Below are positions 63,493 through 64,000 of a stretch of DNA of 64,000 bases, piece after piece. Location: assembly GCA_052426225.1 (NCBI GenBank), contig JBNJNM010000008.1:806001-870000 (forward strand), written 5' to 3'. This DNA comes from Zancudomyces culisetae HAW-14-8. Its lineage: Eukaryota; Fungi; Kickxellomycota. Positions within the stretch are counted from its first letter, which is position 1. Each line of letters opens with the position of its first letter. The notes under the pieces were generated by a model. It saw nothing but the letters and a program-made list of their open reading frames with translations, was not told the DNA's origin and did no database searches. The position numbers and the translations under genes are program-made.

Positions 63493-64000
63493 GATACTTG
63501 GTTATGTAACTAGTAGTTTGTCAAATGTATAGAATTATTTTCTGTTATACCTATATTTTATTTTATTTTATTTTATTTTATTTTTGGTACTGTTTGTGTT
63601 ATATGCTAAAATTTAGCGAATTGATTTGTGTTTGAAAGAGCTAAGCATGAAATAAGTGGACGAGAATGAGATGAATTGAAGAGGTTAATAGGCGGCTATT
63701 ACGCCAAAAAATGCTAACTCCTTGAAATTACTAAAAGTGAATAAAATCAACCTCCACAGTTCATAGTATATTCGACCAGGTATTAATTCCAACAAGAAGC
63801 GTGATTCACATAGGTAAAGTCGCAGAAAAAAATCACATTACACGACATTGGCGAATAAAAAAACTCAAGTATACAATAGAGAAAAAGAATGTTAAAGCAG
63901 TGTATTACCGCATTCCTGTTGTACCAGCTGCCATGCTTGGCAAAATTCGATTGCAGCAAATTGGCGATTGGAGACAATACATATGATTTTAGCGCACTCA

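Noticed and set aside
63650-64000. Possible gene start at the window end
   Set aside because: Only short ORFs with no recognisable motif, truncated by the window edge.

Overview
Eukaryotic nuclear DNA: AT-rich, gene-dense, with many short GT-AG introns carrying CTAAC/CTAAT-like branch points. The gene set is fungal (BSD2, TPS2, SCS7, PER1, YEA4, UMP1) but includes INTS3, which budding yeast lacks. This points to an early-diverging fungus; Zoopagomycota/Kickxellomycotina is my inference and is unverified. I can support 21 protein-coding genes: BSD2, COQ9, BNA3, a C2H2 transcription factor, TPS2, PRKRIP1, CFIm25, a divergent sugar porter, INTS3, PRP22, UMP1, RAD51, a PhyH dioxygenase, an EEF1AKMT4-like methyltransferase, pyroglutamyl peptidase I, SCS7, an orphan 711-aa protein, MSH4, SEC61, PER1 and YEA4. 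There are also 3 tRNAs (Ser-AGA, Glu-CTC, Leu-TAA) and several simple repeats. I saw no transposon coding sequence, CRISPR array or rRNA. The most notable observations are: (1) a sawtooth purine/pyrimidine strand skew that flips inside single exons and ignores gene orientation, with G-rich motifs near the opposite switch points, suggesting fixed replication origins; (2) a SEC61 start codon created only by splicing (A|TG); (3) a 23-bp tail-to-tail coding overlap between MSH4 and SEC61; (4) a chain of apparent introns and micro-exons with no open frame at 23.6-24.7 kb; (5) a fungal INTS3; (6) a sugar porter missing its substrate-binding motif. Exon boundaries were read by eye and need RNA-seq confirmation.
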